DNA from: Eledone cirrhosa
Lineage: Eukaryota
Assembly (NCBI GenBank): GCA_964016885.1
Contig: OZ024747.1
Coordinates: forward strand, 74,586,001-74,650,000
Reading direction: 5' to 3'
Length of the DNA: 64,000 bases
The position numbers were made by a program, and so were the translations under genes. How positions within the stretch are numbered: the first letter of the stretch is position 1; every line of letters starts with the position of its first letter. Positions 25,659 through 38,695 of the stretch are shown one piece after another. The notes below the pieces were generated by a model, which searched no databases, was not told the DNA's origin, and saw only the letters and a program-made list of their open reading frames with translations.

Positions 25659-27316
25659 TATTTTTACTTTGAAGTATTATACGATGTAATGCAGATTCTT
25701 GGTTTTATCGTTTATAAAGTGGTGCCAATGACAGGACGAATTGTGACATGGTTTAGATAAAATGAAGCTGAAGACTTTGTGTGATAGTGTCTCTACTCTG
25801 AAGTTCCTTAATTTTGTATTTACCAAAATAACATGGAGACAGAGAAAACGTGAAGCAGATTAAAATATTAGAATGTTTAAAGTATATCGAAAGATGTGAG
25901 CCATGGTGTTCACAGTACTTCATTTCACATTGCTCCAGTCCACTTAGCTAAAACAAAAAGTGTTTCCGCAACAACTGGGTGTTAACCTTGCAACGGTCTG
26001 GCGCCACATCTCTGAGGGTGTTTTATACTCTCATCTCAGTCACTTAACATATAATGATACCGGGCTCCAGCGTAATGAATCTCTTTACTCAACATATATA
26101 CACGCATTAGAGAAACTGAAAGGGATGTTCCTACGTCAGAAACAATTAATAATGGATGTAAACGGTGAAATAGGCTTTGAAGATATTCGCACTAATGACG
26201 CTAACAAAGAAGCGGCTGAAAGCAGAAATTTGCTAAATAATTGAGGAATGACTACAATGTACAGAAGTTGAAGTTAGAATACTTCCCCAACTGAGAAAAT
26301 TATTTGGCATTAAATGTGCCCTAATTAGAGCGACCCCTGTAGCTGTTCCAGCAGTTTAAGCAGCTCTTTATTCAGAATTTTATAGCAGAAAGCAAAACAA
26401 ATAAAGGGGTTCGCAACAGTTCACTGCGTGATGTTATGCAAACGTTTATTATTGACGGTCTACACAGCCACCATGACGTATGATTACCTGATCTAAGTTT
26501 TAATGACACCAATGAAGTTCATATAGATGCTATCATTAGAGAACATCAAAAAAGCAGGGGATTCGTTGTGTCAGTAGAGCATCGGGGAAAATGTTTTGTG
26601 GCATATTGTTACGATCCTTTATATACACATAAAATACGCGTAAATATTTAAATAATTACATGTCTACACACAGACATGCATACATATATAGATAGAGATA
26701 TGAATATACAAGTTCCAAATCATACATATATATATGTGAGGGGCGGGTGGGTGTATGGGCAAAGTGGTGATGGTGAGTGAGAGGAGGAGGGTGGCGTAGT
26801 GCGAATGAGGAAAGAGTATGAAGCAATGTAGTTTAGAATGAAAGAATTACAGAATAGGTCGGGTAAAGATTATGGGAATATATAACTGTAGAAGCTATGA
26901 TGGGTTAATGTGTGATTGGCGGCAGTGGTATTGATGTTAAGTAGATATGTGAAATATAAGATGATTATAAATTGTGGGGTATAACTACGATGGAAGTTTA
27001 AAATATTATGGAATTATATTTGATAGTTGTGGTGGCGGGGTGGTGCGGGTATTAGGTGTATATAAGGTATTGGCCATAAGGAAGGGAGGGAATAATGAAA
27101 AGTTGAAGGATTGAGATGACAGAATGGCAAAATGGAAAAGAAATTAAAATTAGGAAAAAATTAGAAAACTTGAATGAATAGAATAATTTTTTTAAAGTAA
27201 GAATATTTCTTTTACATTAAAATTTGGAAAATTATAATACATTGGGTTAGAAAAATGTAAGGATTATAGAGTATATATAAAATATAAGGAATGAGGGGTA
27301 AAGGAAATAGGGGAAA

Positions 27317-27366
<50 letters not shown>

Positions 27367-27454
27367 TACATATATAGAGAGATAAATATATTTATATATA
27401 TATATACTGTATATAGTTCTAGGTACTGCATCTTTTTCCTCTACTCTTTGCTTT

Positions 27455-27490
<36 letters not shown>

Positions 27491-27560
27491 GTTTGTATAT
27501 GTATAATAAAGTCAAAACAATGCAGGTATGGAGATAGAATAAAGAATGCAAACTTCCTCC

Positions 27561-27597
<37 letters not shown>

Positions 27598-28093
27598 CGT
27601 GTGTATAAATGTGTGTATATATATGTGTGTTTATATGTATACACACACACACATATATATATACACACATATACGTATATATATGTATATGTATACATAT
27701 ATATGTATATACACACTTATTTATATATAAGTACATAATATATATACATACTCATATCTTGATTTATATTATTATTATTATTATTATTATTATTATGCAT
27801 TTATTGGTTTGTTTCGTAGTTATATATTTTATCTCCTCTCAGTAGCGTGAAAGGCTTTTGTTTTACTAATATCTGCCACTATACAGATAAAACTACAGCG
27901 ACTCGCTATTTCTCGTTATTTCTCGCCCAACTTCACAACTGTTCATTCAGTTATCAATATCTGCTTTATTCCACAACTGAAGCTGGCGAACATCTCTTGA
28001 AAACACGTCAAGGTCTCCATGAGTGTGTTTGTGTTTCTCTGTAATTTTGTAATTTATGTGTCTATGTATGTCTAAATGTGTGTGTCTGTATGC

Positions 28094-28134
<41 letters not shown>

Positions 28135-28232
28135 TTTATCTGTGATTTGTAGTTATGTTTGCCTTATATATGTGTATAATAGTGATATAAATACATATAT
28201 AACGCAAACATAACAACTCGCATGTATGTATG

Positions 28233-28329
<97 letters not shown>

Positions 28330-28600
28330 GCGACAACGTTTGCATCCAATGGTGTAGACCAGTTCTTCTTTTGGGGTAAAATGCATTCGATGTTCAGAGA
28401 GTGGGATTGGCCCCTTACAAAGCCTTTCCTCGCTTAAATAAGCTTCAAGCGCAGGCATCGCTTGAAATGACATTTTTTACGATGCATGGTATTGCTGGCC
28501 ATAGGCAAGTCCCTAGCAGGACTAAAAAGCCACGGCCGTGATTCTCATGCTTAAGTATCAAGTGATGGGATTACTCGAAATCGAGTTACAGCCATCATGC
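28330..28600 (+). mobile_element. RTE-like LINE 3' end (C2H2 finger remnant plus tail)
   Basis: KSLAGLKSHGRDSH* and tail tactcgaaatcgagttacagccatcat; nucleotide similarity to 36350-36682. Confidence 0.72.
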
Positions 28601-28924
28601 ATTCAGTTACCATACAAAGACCCATATTGTTTTTTGTTTGTTTTAGGGGTTTTTTCAGTCTTGTCTGAGTAAATTGTCCATCACAAATTTAAAGTTTTTG
28701 TAATCAGCCGCATAATATTTATAGTATCCGTGTCGGTTAATGTAATGAATGCATGAATGGTCTCGTAACTCTTGGGGGAGTCGTAGCGGTGTCGTATTGA
28801 CATACGCCGTTGCTCTTTTAAACCTGGTGGAGTCCATCTGTTTCCAGGGTCTGAAGCAATATATTTCTTCCAGATAAGGATCGGGAATGTAGGAAATGAA
28901 GTGAGAAATAGATATAGAGGAAGA

Positions 28925-29085
28925 ATTGACCACAGTACTATACTGGTACTTTTTTTATCGACCTCGCAATGGATGAAAGGCAAAGTTTACCACAGCAGGA
29001 TTTGAACTCGAAGAGCAGAGAGCCGAAAGTAAAACTGCAAAGTATTCTATCCAACGTTCTGCTCGCTCTACCAATTCGCCGCCTC
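28925..29085 (-). mobile_element. SINE family A, diverged
   Basis: tactggtacttttttatcgacc..ggatgaaaggcaaagt..gatttgaactc. Confidence 0.8.
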
Positions 29086-29244
29086 ATAACGTAATGAATA
29101 TTCTGTCTACAGTTTGTCCAATACCACACTAGTGGTATTGAAAAGAATGCAGGTTGTACCTGTCTACTACTTGGAAATATCTTCAAAATGTCCAGAAAAT
29201 TCCACTAAATTACGTCCCTTTGAAAAACGTTGGGAACTCTCTGT

Positions 29245-29775
29245 TCAACCGAATACATTAAAGAGGTAAGTAAGAGAGATAGACAGGCAAATAATCTAAA
29301 CCTTATTTACAAAGAAGCCAAAAGTAAACAGTTCAACCCTATCTCTAGAGAATTGGAGAAATACAAAGAAAATATCAACAATTTTCTTCATCACAGACTT
29401 CAGCAACAATATTGGAGCAACAACCGATACAAAGAAAATTTAATAGAAGTAAAACAGCGCGGACTGAAACAACAAAGGCAACTCTGGAAGAGAAAAAATG
29501 GCGAAAATTCTTCAGGAACATATTCCTTGGGAATAGATGAAATACTATATAACTTAGGCAGAGAGCACTTACAAGTGTTAGTCTAGGGAAGAGAAGTACT
29601 GAGAGCTGAAGTATAAGACCAGTTTCGACATTAGATACTACGAGAAAAGAATTCTGCAAATGTCAAGAGACTTGAAATGTCGCATTTGTGGAGAGGAGTT
29701 TGATGAGACAACTTTGCAGATTTTCCAATACTGAATAACATGGAATATTTACATAAGCACAATAAAGCAGCTGGG
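29245..29775 (+). mobile_element. R4/Dong-like (restriction-endonuclease type) LINE C-terminal remnant
   Basis: Across frameshifts: ..DQ..IRYYEKRILQMSRDLKCRICGEEFDET..PILNNMEYLHKHNKAA, matching the QDQ/CRxC..ET/EY..RHN..VA pattern. Confidence 0.62.
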
Positions 29776-30114
29776 AACAAGTTCATAGGGTGACCAAGAT
29801 ACTCTCACGGAATGATCAAATGAGGTCTATTTTTCAAAATACTCCCTAGATGCATTTATTAAGAATTGAAATTAATGCATGCAAACTTTCACATCACTCC
29901 TTCAGATTCGGTTTTATCAAGCTTAAATAAAACAGAAAATTTAACCACATTCGGGGCCTCGTAAGGCAAACCAGAATTGTTTATTGTTGCTTTTTGTAGT
30001 TTTCTTGTCAAAATACAAAGACGTTACAAATGAAATGTTTCAACTGACACAAACGTTCCCACATATCCACAATGAGCTGTTTACATTGCCGTTTGATCTG
30101 ATACAATCAGCAGC

Positions 30115-30119
<5 letters not shown>

Positions 30120-30149
<30 letters not shown>

Positions 30150-30211
30150 CTCTCTCTCTCTGACATTCTCTCTCTCTCTCTGACATTCTCTCTTTCTCTC
30201 TCTCTCTCTCA

Positions 30212-30290
<79 letters not shown>
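30120..30290. repeat. (CT)n microsatellite
   Basis: Direct inspection. Confidence 0.98.
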
Positions 30291-30292
<2 letters not shown>

Positions 30293-30462
30293 GTGACAGT
30301 GAGGAAGAACAATCGAATATGTAATCCCATGTATCCAATATCTGAAAATTAGTTGAGGTGGTCATACTGGAATGGCAACTGCTTCATTAGTGTTGACCTG
30401 GAGTTATACAAACAACAATAATAACAAAACTTCATGTAATCTATTTTAATTTCATTATTTAA

Positions 30463-30531
30463 CGGGGTCAATAAAATAAAGTACCAGTAATGCACTGGAT
30501 AATTGCTGGCCTTGTGCCAAAAGTAGAAACA
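30463..30531 (+). mobile_element. 5'-truncated SINE A with 9-bp TSD
   Basis: attatttaa at 30454-30462 and 30532-30540. Confidence 0.85.
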
Positions 30532-31544
30532 ATTATTTAAGTAATATTTCTGTAATATGTTGTGATATTTCAGATATTTCCAGCCAATATTTACAAACAA
30601 TATTTCAGAATAAATCTTAGCAATTCGGACCCGGCACAGTAATAATGAAATAATGTGTATTGTTCGAGATTTTCACTTAGAGCTGCCTGTGAATAAATTT
30701 CTTGGTGCTTTTATCAAACAAAGCCTGAATTAACAGACTTAACGTTTGGATTGTGGCTTCAAACATCAGCAGAAACATTTCTAAAGGAAATTGATTACAA
30801 CCACGACAGGAATAATTTATTCTAGTAACGCTTCTGCTTTTGCAGCTAAACTTTTCTAATACAGATGAGAAAATTCTTTCTAAATGGATAATTTCAGTTG
30901 TCATAGTGTTGTTCGACGGCCATAGGCTAGCAGAAATACATTTTAAAAAATTACTACCTTACTTCCGTTAATATGGCTGCCAAAGTGTAGCATTGTAGTG
31001 ACTTCCTCTGTAATGCTACTAATCTCCAGCATATGTCAGCCTATTATATAACTAAATTTCAGTCGATGCCTATTTTTAACAAATCTAAATTCTGATATAT
31101 GCTCCAAAATAATAATGATCACTTTCTCTTCACTAACGACAAACAAGGCCAGATATATATATATAGAAAACGAGCATAGTCGATTGATTTTTCCAATATA
31201 TAGTACTGGATTTTTAGACAACGGGTGGGATAAAACATAAAGCCAAAAATAGAATTTTAAATTAGAAATTAGGGGGATGAAATCAAAAACTGTAACGAAT
31301 TTTATCTGCTGCGCTATCATTTCTGCTAATTCTGTTGTTATGCGCCAGCTTTGAAAAGTCACGGTCGAGAGAGATTCCGGGGTAAACCATGTATACAATT
31401 ATTTTCGAGCAAAAGATGGAATCTTTACTTGCTCACTAAACCCGTTAGAACTAGCAACCAAATATCCCTCGCCGAACTAAACAATCTTGTCTTTAAACTC
31501 AGAACACAGAGTATACTATAGTCCTATATAAAATATATCTATTA

Positions 31545-32090
31545 AGAGTGTTCGACGTCGTGATTTTGGGTGTTCGGATCACGTTCATAAGGTCATAAGT
31601 TCAATTCCTGGCAGTTGGTTGTGTTCTTGAGCAAACCAATGTATTTCACGTTCCTCCAGGTTCCCTCACCTGGAAAAAGACGAGTTGCACTAGTAATGCA
31701 AATAACCAAATTTGTCACTCTGAATCTCCCTGAAAACTGTTCTAAATGTGAGTGTACCTGGAAAGTGTAACTGGAGAGTGTACCGGGAGAGTGTACCGGG
31801 AGAGTGTAACTGGAGAGTGTAACTGGAGAGTCTAACTGGAGAGTCTAACTGGAGAGTGTAACTGGAGAGTGTACCGGAAGAGTGTACCGGGAGAGTGTAC
31901 CTGGAGAGTGTACCTGGAGAGTGTAACTGGAGAGTGTACCAGGAGAGTGTACCTGGAGAGTCTAACTGGAGAGTGTAACTGGAGAGTGTACCGGGAGTAT
32001 GTACCTGGAGAGTCTAACTGGAGAGTGTAACTGGAGAGTGTACCTGGAGAATGTTCAGTCACTTGAATGATAATTTCAACGGTTTCAGAC
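31545..32090 (+). mobile_element. SINE family B interrupted by an internal minisatellite
   Basis: cttgagcaa..tttcacgttcctccag..tgaatctccctga before the array; ttcagtcacttg..taatttc after it. Confidence 0.75.
31751..32050. repeat. 13-bp minisatellite (GTAMCKGGAGAGT), ~23 copies
   Basis: Direct inspection. Confidence 0.95.
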
Positions 32091-32358
32091 GATTTTGTTG
32101 ATTATACAATGGGAAATGTTGTCGTTCGATCTGACGGAGAATGAACATGAACTCTAATTTCCGAGAGAGAGAGAGAGAGAGAGAGATTATATATATGCAT
32201 GTATGTGTGTGCGAATATATATATACGTGTGTGTGTGTGTGTATTTTTATGTATGTGTGTGTGTGTGTGTATATATATGTGTGTATGTGCGTGTATATGT
32301 ATGTATGTGTGTATATGTGTGCGCACCTCTCGACCCCCCCCCCCCACACACACACACA

Positions 32359-32415
<57 letters not shown>

Positions 32416-32750
32416 TATAAATGACAGGCTGGTGTTGTTAGTGATCTGGTGTCGTATTTATATATTCCTATAGAAAATATCAGTTTGCTTTTCTCCGCCA
32501 CCAGCGGCTTTCCTGCCTTTTCTTGACATTATTGACAGCTCTATTACTTCAGGTTACACTCTCCTACCGTTGGCTCTGCCAGTCTCTCGGAAATCATCTG
32601 ATGCAGTTTCTATGTATCTACATCTGTTTTTATGCATGTATGTGCATGTATGTATGTATGTATGTACGTATGTATGTATGTAAGTGTATATGGATGGAAA
32701 TGTATATGTGCGTATATTATGTATATGTGCATGTACGTATGTATGTATAT

Positions 32751-33707
32751 ACTAGACATGAAAAATGCGCAAGCTCAAAAGTGCCACAGAATGTTATAAT
32801 AAACCTTCAAAAGTGTGGGACTAGAGTTGTTGCTAAAAAATATTGTAATCATTATATATCGTACATTCTGTGGCATCCTTTATAAAAATAGCTTAAACCA
32901 ACGAAGCCTTTATTTTTACGCTATTTCACTTAGTTAATTCTTAGAGTGTAACATATAAAAATATGATTTACAACTATAAAATAAATTAATTAATATAATA
33001 ACAGAGCTGCGGAGCTGAAATTTAGGAAATAATGGAGTATCGGATCCTGAGTTGGAGCCAGTCAATTTTTGGCCGACTCCGCAGCCCTGTATAATACATT
33101 TCATATTAAAGTTATTAATAAACCTATTTTACACTTCATGCAAATTACCACGAGATATTGATATTAGATATAAGATACAGCGCAATATCTACAGCTGTAA
33201 AAGTACGAAAGCGAAGTAATAATAAGTGGCTTAAGGTAATTCCAATATGAAAGTTTGTAGTGATAAAAATTTGATAATGCAATACGATTGTTAATATTAT
33301 AGTTCTATGAAAATGTAACAATAGATAACTAAATTATTTTACTATTAGTATATTTAAGAAATTATCATTATAGATTTGATCGTTCATATAAGCATCATAT
33401 TAAGTTTCAACACAATTATTTTGTTACTATGAGTATATGATAATAATATTACGTAATTATTTATAGCTGTTATTACATTAAACATAGATGTATTTATTTT
33501 TATATGTTACACTCTAAGAATTAACTAAGTGAAATAGCGTAAAAATAAAGGCTTCGTTGGTTTAAGCTATTTTTATAAAGGATGCCACAGAATGTACGAT
33601 ATATAATGATTACAATATTTTTTAGCAACAACTCTAGTCCCACACTTTTGAAGGTTTATTATAACATTCTGTGGCACTTTTGAGCTTGCGCATTTTTCAT
33701 GTCTAGT
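32751..33707. mobile_element. Non-autonomous foldback element with 213-bp apparently perfect TIRs
   Basis: 32751-32963 is the reverse complement of 33495-33707 (ACTAGACATG...CATGTCTAGT); no ORF. Confidence 0.92.
33002..33089. mobile_element. 88-bp hAT-like MITE nested in the foldback element
   Basis: TIRs cagagctgcggag / ctccgcagccctg; 8-bp TSD tataataa / tataatac. Confidence 0.75.
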
Positions 33708-34257
33708 TTAATATTTTTTTAAGGCAACGCTTGTAATAACTCTAGTTAAACAGGATATATATTAATAATAAATTATCGTTGTAATGTAATTAGATTATGT
33801 AATTGTTATTATAAATTATCTTATAAATATTAGTGTAAGATGTATAAACATATTTTCAGACTTTTAATATAAACAACTACAAAAAACAATCAATATTAAA
33901 TCAATATATTATACATAATAGAAAACATAAAATATACAATACAAAAACAAAATATTTACATACAATTGCAATTATCAGTGTATATACATTTTCTTTATAT
34001 TCCCTGAGCAAATTAATAAGATTTGTTTTTATTGTACATAATTTGATGACTTGTTGGAGTGTATTAAAAGATAGCAACAATTTATGATTAAATTGTTATC
34101 TTAAGCAACTCACTTTTTAATAGTTGTTGGCTGAGCGAAATTGTAAAAGCCTATGAGCAAATATAAAAAAAAATACACAAACAACATTTCCTTGTGTTAT
34201 TACAACATTAGATAAAATAATTGAGCAATGTCGTTATATTTTGCTCTTATTGCACAT

Positions 34258-34432
34258 TAATAGTGTTTCTATTTTTCGGCACAAATCCATTACGGCAGTC
34301 CATTACTGGTACTTTATTTTATCGAATTAGTAAGTATGAAAGTCGAAGTTAACCTCGGCAGGATTTGAACTTAGAATGCAAAGGACCATAACAATACTGC
34401 AAAGCATGGTGTCTGACGCTCTACCAATACTT
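34258..34432 (-). mobile_element. SINE family A
   Basis: Core and B-box similarity. Confidence 0.8.
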
Positions 34433-34824
34433 GTGTTGAGCTGGTCATTAATTTATGGTGGTCGTGCGTGGAGTAGAGCAATCGCTAGTTGAAATATTAT
34501 GAACAAAACATTTTTATTTGCCGAAGAACATATTTTCAATACTGTTTGTGAATGTGACGAAGGAAATACATTCTGATATGGAACAGTGTACAAAGTGTGT
34601 CTGTGAATAACATAATGTTACCTCATGTTGTTGTCAAGACATAATGGATTTCGTATATCCAGTTAGAAGATGAAACCTAGCCATCTCGGATTAGTTATAT
34701 TTCATGCCATGTGTAAACGTGTTTGAGGATAGCAAAATATGCGCGTTAATTATAATAATTAGTTAATAATATTACAAAATATACCTAATTAAACTCTTTG
34801 CTTGAAATTTTATCATTCTTCGTT

Positions 34825-34863
<39 letters not shown>

Positions 34864-36220
34864 GGAGAGAGATTTATCTAGTCCTTCGCTCAAGATTAAT
34901 CTATAAGTTTAGATGTTTGCCTTCGTTTAAGTAAATATTACAGTAAGATTTTTAATATAAACAACTACAAAAAACAATTAATATTAAAACGAAAAAATTA
35001 TCAATGATAAAAGAAGCGGATGCAACTTTTTTTTTTATAAAGTTATATTCCTGTTTCTTTAAAGAACATTTCATTTTTGTTCTATTGTAGGCGAAATAAT
35101 GCAATGGTTTAATAGGGAAGATATAACTTACGAATTATGTCTCTAACCGTGTAACGCTTTTTAAGTAGATAACTACAATTGAAAATACTAAAGAAATGGA
35201 ACCAACAATTCAATTTGAAAGTCGTCTAGTGACAGTGTATTACTGGTACTTTATTTTATCGAGCCCGTAACGATGAAAGGCAAAAATGCAAATGCTTAAA
35301 ATTTAAATTGCCTTAATTCTATTGTCTGCTGTTTCATTAAAGGGAGATTATCGTCTGTATTTAATTCTATCGTCTACTGTTCCACTAAACAGATATACCT
35401 CCACTATCGTCTCTATTTATACATTTTAACTTATAACTTATACACATTTGATTTGAAATATTTTATCTAGTCCCCCCTCTCAATATTATGATGATTTCTT
35501 TCGAATGAAACAGTTCTAGTCCTGTAGAAGCCATTTATATATATAATTGAACTGAGTTAAAAATTCACAATATTTATAATTAAATAAGCTCATATATATA
35601 TGTGTGTATTTATCTGTTTATTGTATTATATATAATGTGTGTATATACAGGATGTCCCCCAAAAATATATACACACTTCAACAGCATTCTAATAACTATT
35701 GCCTGTACAGGTAATCAAAGTGTCAATCGAATGTTAGTTTCGTGTTTTAACAGTACAAATTTACAATACACACATAAAACCAGTGTATATACATACATGA
35801 GTGTGTATACACATACATGAATGTGTATATACAATATATATGTATATATATATAGACACATATATTCACGGTGCAACGGTACATTAAAATATAGATGCGG
35901 GAGAGGGGGGGTGTATATATAGGGGCGCTGGGGATAAAGGAGTGTAAAGCGTGTGTAATTGATATATTGAAGGAGAGGAGCGTGCAGCGATAGAGTAACA
36001 AATATATAGAGAGGGGGAGAGATGGTATTGAAGGGGAGGAGTGCAAAGCGAAAGAGTAAGAGATATATATAGAGACGGAACAGATAGAGAGAAACAGGCG
36101 TAAGTAACAGTGGAAGAGATATAGAGAGAGGTACTCTGATTGGTTGAAAATTAGCCAATGACATACGATCACCACCACCACGGCTATCCCCGAAAAATTT
36201 TTATAGAAGCTAAGCATATA

Positions 36221-36275
36221 TGTTAGAACACGAAAAGTGAACATTCTGTTGTTTCACACTTTTCGTGTTCTAACA
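36221..36275. repeat. Perfect 19-bp inverted repeat
   Basis: tgttagaacacgaaaagtg / cacttttcgtgttctaaca with a 17-nt spacer. Confidence 0.9.
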
Positions 36276-36279
36276 GATA

Positions 36280-36682
36280 TATGAGGAGATATATTTGTCA
36301 AGGCAGAATTCTGGGAGAAGGAAAACTCTGATATAACACCTGCAACCCTGATGGTATCCAATGATGTTGACTTGTTCTTCTTTTTGGTAAATATCATCTT
36401 GGTTAAGAGAGTGGGACTGGCTTTGTGCAGTGCCTTTGCTCACTATAAAAGCTTCATGCCACAGGCATTGCTTTATATCTGGAGATCTCTCTACACTTGT
36501 CGTCACATGGTACCATGGGCCCAGCACTATGTGTCTATAATTGTCACAAGTGTAGTGTTTGTACCAGAGTTTTCAAGTCGCTGGCTGGACTAAAAAGTCA
36601 CACTCCTTCAGCGCATCGGTAGGGGTTCTCCTACATGGATATAAAGTAGTGGCCGTACTCGAAAACGAGTTGGCAGCCACCA
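36280..36682 (+). mobile_element. RTE-like LINE 3' end with C-terminal C2H2 finger; tail-only copy at 37745-37787
   Basis: HKCSVCTRVFKSLAGLKSHTPSAHR*; tail tggccgtactcgaaaacgagttggcagccaccat. Confidence 0.78.
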
Positions 36683-36784
36683 TATATATATGAATGTGTG
36701 CATGTACGTGTGTGCATGTATATGTATATATATATATATGTGCATATGTGCATGTACGTATGTGTGTATGTATATGTATGTATG

Positions 36785-36815
<31 letters not shown>

Positions 36816-37090
36816 GTGCATGAACGTATGTATGTATATATATATGTATGTATGTATATAATCATGTATGTATAGATGTATGTACGTATGTAAGTATATA
36901 TGGATGGAAATGTATATGTACGTATGTGCGTATGTTTATATATGTGCATGTTCGTATGTATGTATGTATATATATGAATGTGTGCATGTACGTATGTGTG
37001 TATGTATATATATATATATGTATATGTGCATGTACGTATGTGTGTATGTATATGTATGTATATATATATATGTGCATGAACGTATGTGTG

Positions 37091-37133
<43 letters not shown>

Positions 37134-37622
37134 ATATGCATGTATGTATGTACGTATGTATGTAAGTGTATATGGATGGAAATGTATATGTGCGTATGTA
37201 TGTATATGTGCATGTACGTGTGTATGTATATATGAATGTGTGCTTGTACGTGTGTGCATGTATATGTATATATATATATATGCATATGTGCATGTACGTA
37301 TGTGTGTATGTATATATATATATATATATGTATGTATATAATCATGTATGTATGGATGTATGTACGTATATATGTAAGTATATATGGATGGAAATGTATA
37401 TGTACGTATGTGCGTATGTATGTTTATATATGTACATGTACGTATGTATGTATGTATTTATATATATGAATGTGTGCATGTACGTATGTGTGTATGTATA
37501 TATATATGTTGTTGTCGTTATTATTATTATTGCTATTATTATTATTATTATTATTATTGTTATTAATGTATGTGTGTATATATGTGTGAGTGTATGTGTA
37601 TGTATGTGTGTATGTATATATG

Positions 37623-37677
<55 letters not shown>

Positions 37678-37870
37678 CTTTTTTTTTTTTATTTATTTAT
37701 TATTATTATTATTATAATTATTTTTTTTTATTTTTTTTTTTCTTGTGCAATGGCCATACTCGATAACGAGGGGGCAGCCATCATCATGTATATATATATG
37801 TATATGTGCATGTACGTATGTGTGTATGTATATGTATATATATATATGTACATGAACGTATGTGTCTATG

Positions 37871-37903
<33 letters not shown>

Positions 37904-38052
37904 GTATATATACATGTATGTATGTACGTACGTATGTAAGTGTATATCGATGGAAATGTGCATGTACGTATGTATGTATATATGAATGTGTGCATGTATA
38001 TGTATATATATATATATGCATATGTGCATGTACGTATGTGTGTATGTATATG

Positions 38053-38110
<58 letters not shown>
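36683..38110. repeat. Complex higher-order microsatellite (TATG/TGCA/TACG) with a recurring aagtRtatatggatggaaatgtatatg landmark
   Basis: Landmark recurs at ~36890, 37163, 37376, 37938 and at 32681. Confidence 0.85.
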
Positions 38111-38112
<2 letters not shown>

Positions 38113-38659
38113 CTCCCAATAGGTTGAGATTAAATTTGGCGATATTTGGCTGCGCTTTCTAGCAGCAAGCCTACCCGCCGTAAGCAACCAATCACATTCT
38201 TTCTCTCTGGCTGGAACACAGCTACATAGCGATTTTTAGCCATTTTTTAATCTAATTTTGGCGGGATCGGATTGAAAAACTAGATGTCTGATTTTGAGTT
38301 TGTCTCCTGATGAATCGTAGCTCAGGACATTCCTATTATTTGGATGTCCAAAATAAGGAAGAAACCATGGTAGAGATATAATTACGGTATGTGCGCATTT
38401 CTTCTAAGTTTAATTTTACAACTAATTGTGTATGGTTGATGGTATATTTAGTCAGTTTCTACATGCTGTCGAAATGTTGGATAAATACTAGAACGGGGCC
38501 GCCGCGAAGAGGCTACGTTCGGTTATTTGTCGGTGATTTCCCCATAAGAGAATTTATTCTTATAGCTTGCTAGGATTGATTTTGTATATGGTTAATTATG
38601 CTAATTGGAAGAAGAAATAGTATATATTTAATATCTGATGATTCTAAAGACATGATTTA

Positions 38660-38662
<3 letters not shown>
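38109..38662 (+). mobile_element. ~550-bp (TA)n-flanked hammerhead module; homologue at 53709-54260 (minus)
   Basis: Collinear similarity over the whole length (ataatctccc..aggttgagat..ggctgcgctttctagca..ccatggtagag..ggttaattatgctaattgg..gacatg.tttatgat). Confidence 0.88.
38301..38378 (+). ncRNA. Type I hammerhead ribozyme (base of stem II degraded)
   Basis: UGUCUC/GAGAUA; CUGAUGA 38307-38313; apical hairpin ggacau(u)cc/ggaugucc; GAAA; ACCAUGGU palindrome; GUA site. Confidence 0.78.
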
Positions 38663-38689
<27 letters not shown>

Positions 38690-38695
<6 letters not shown>

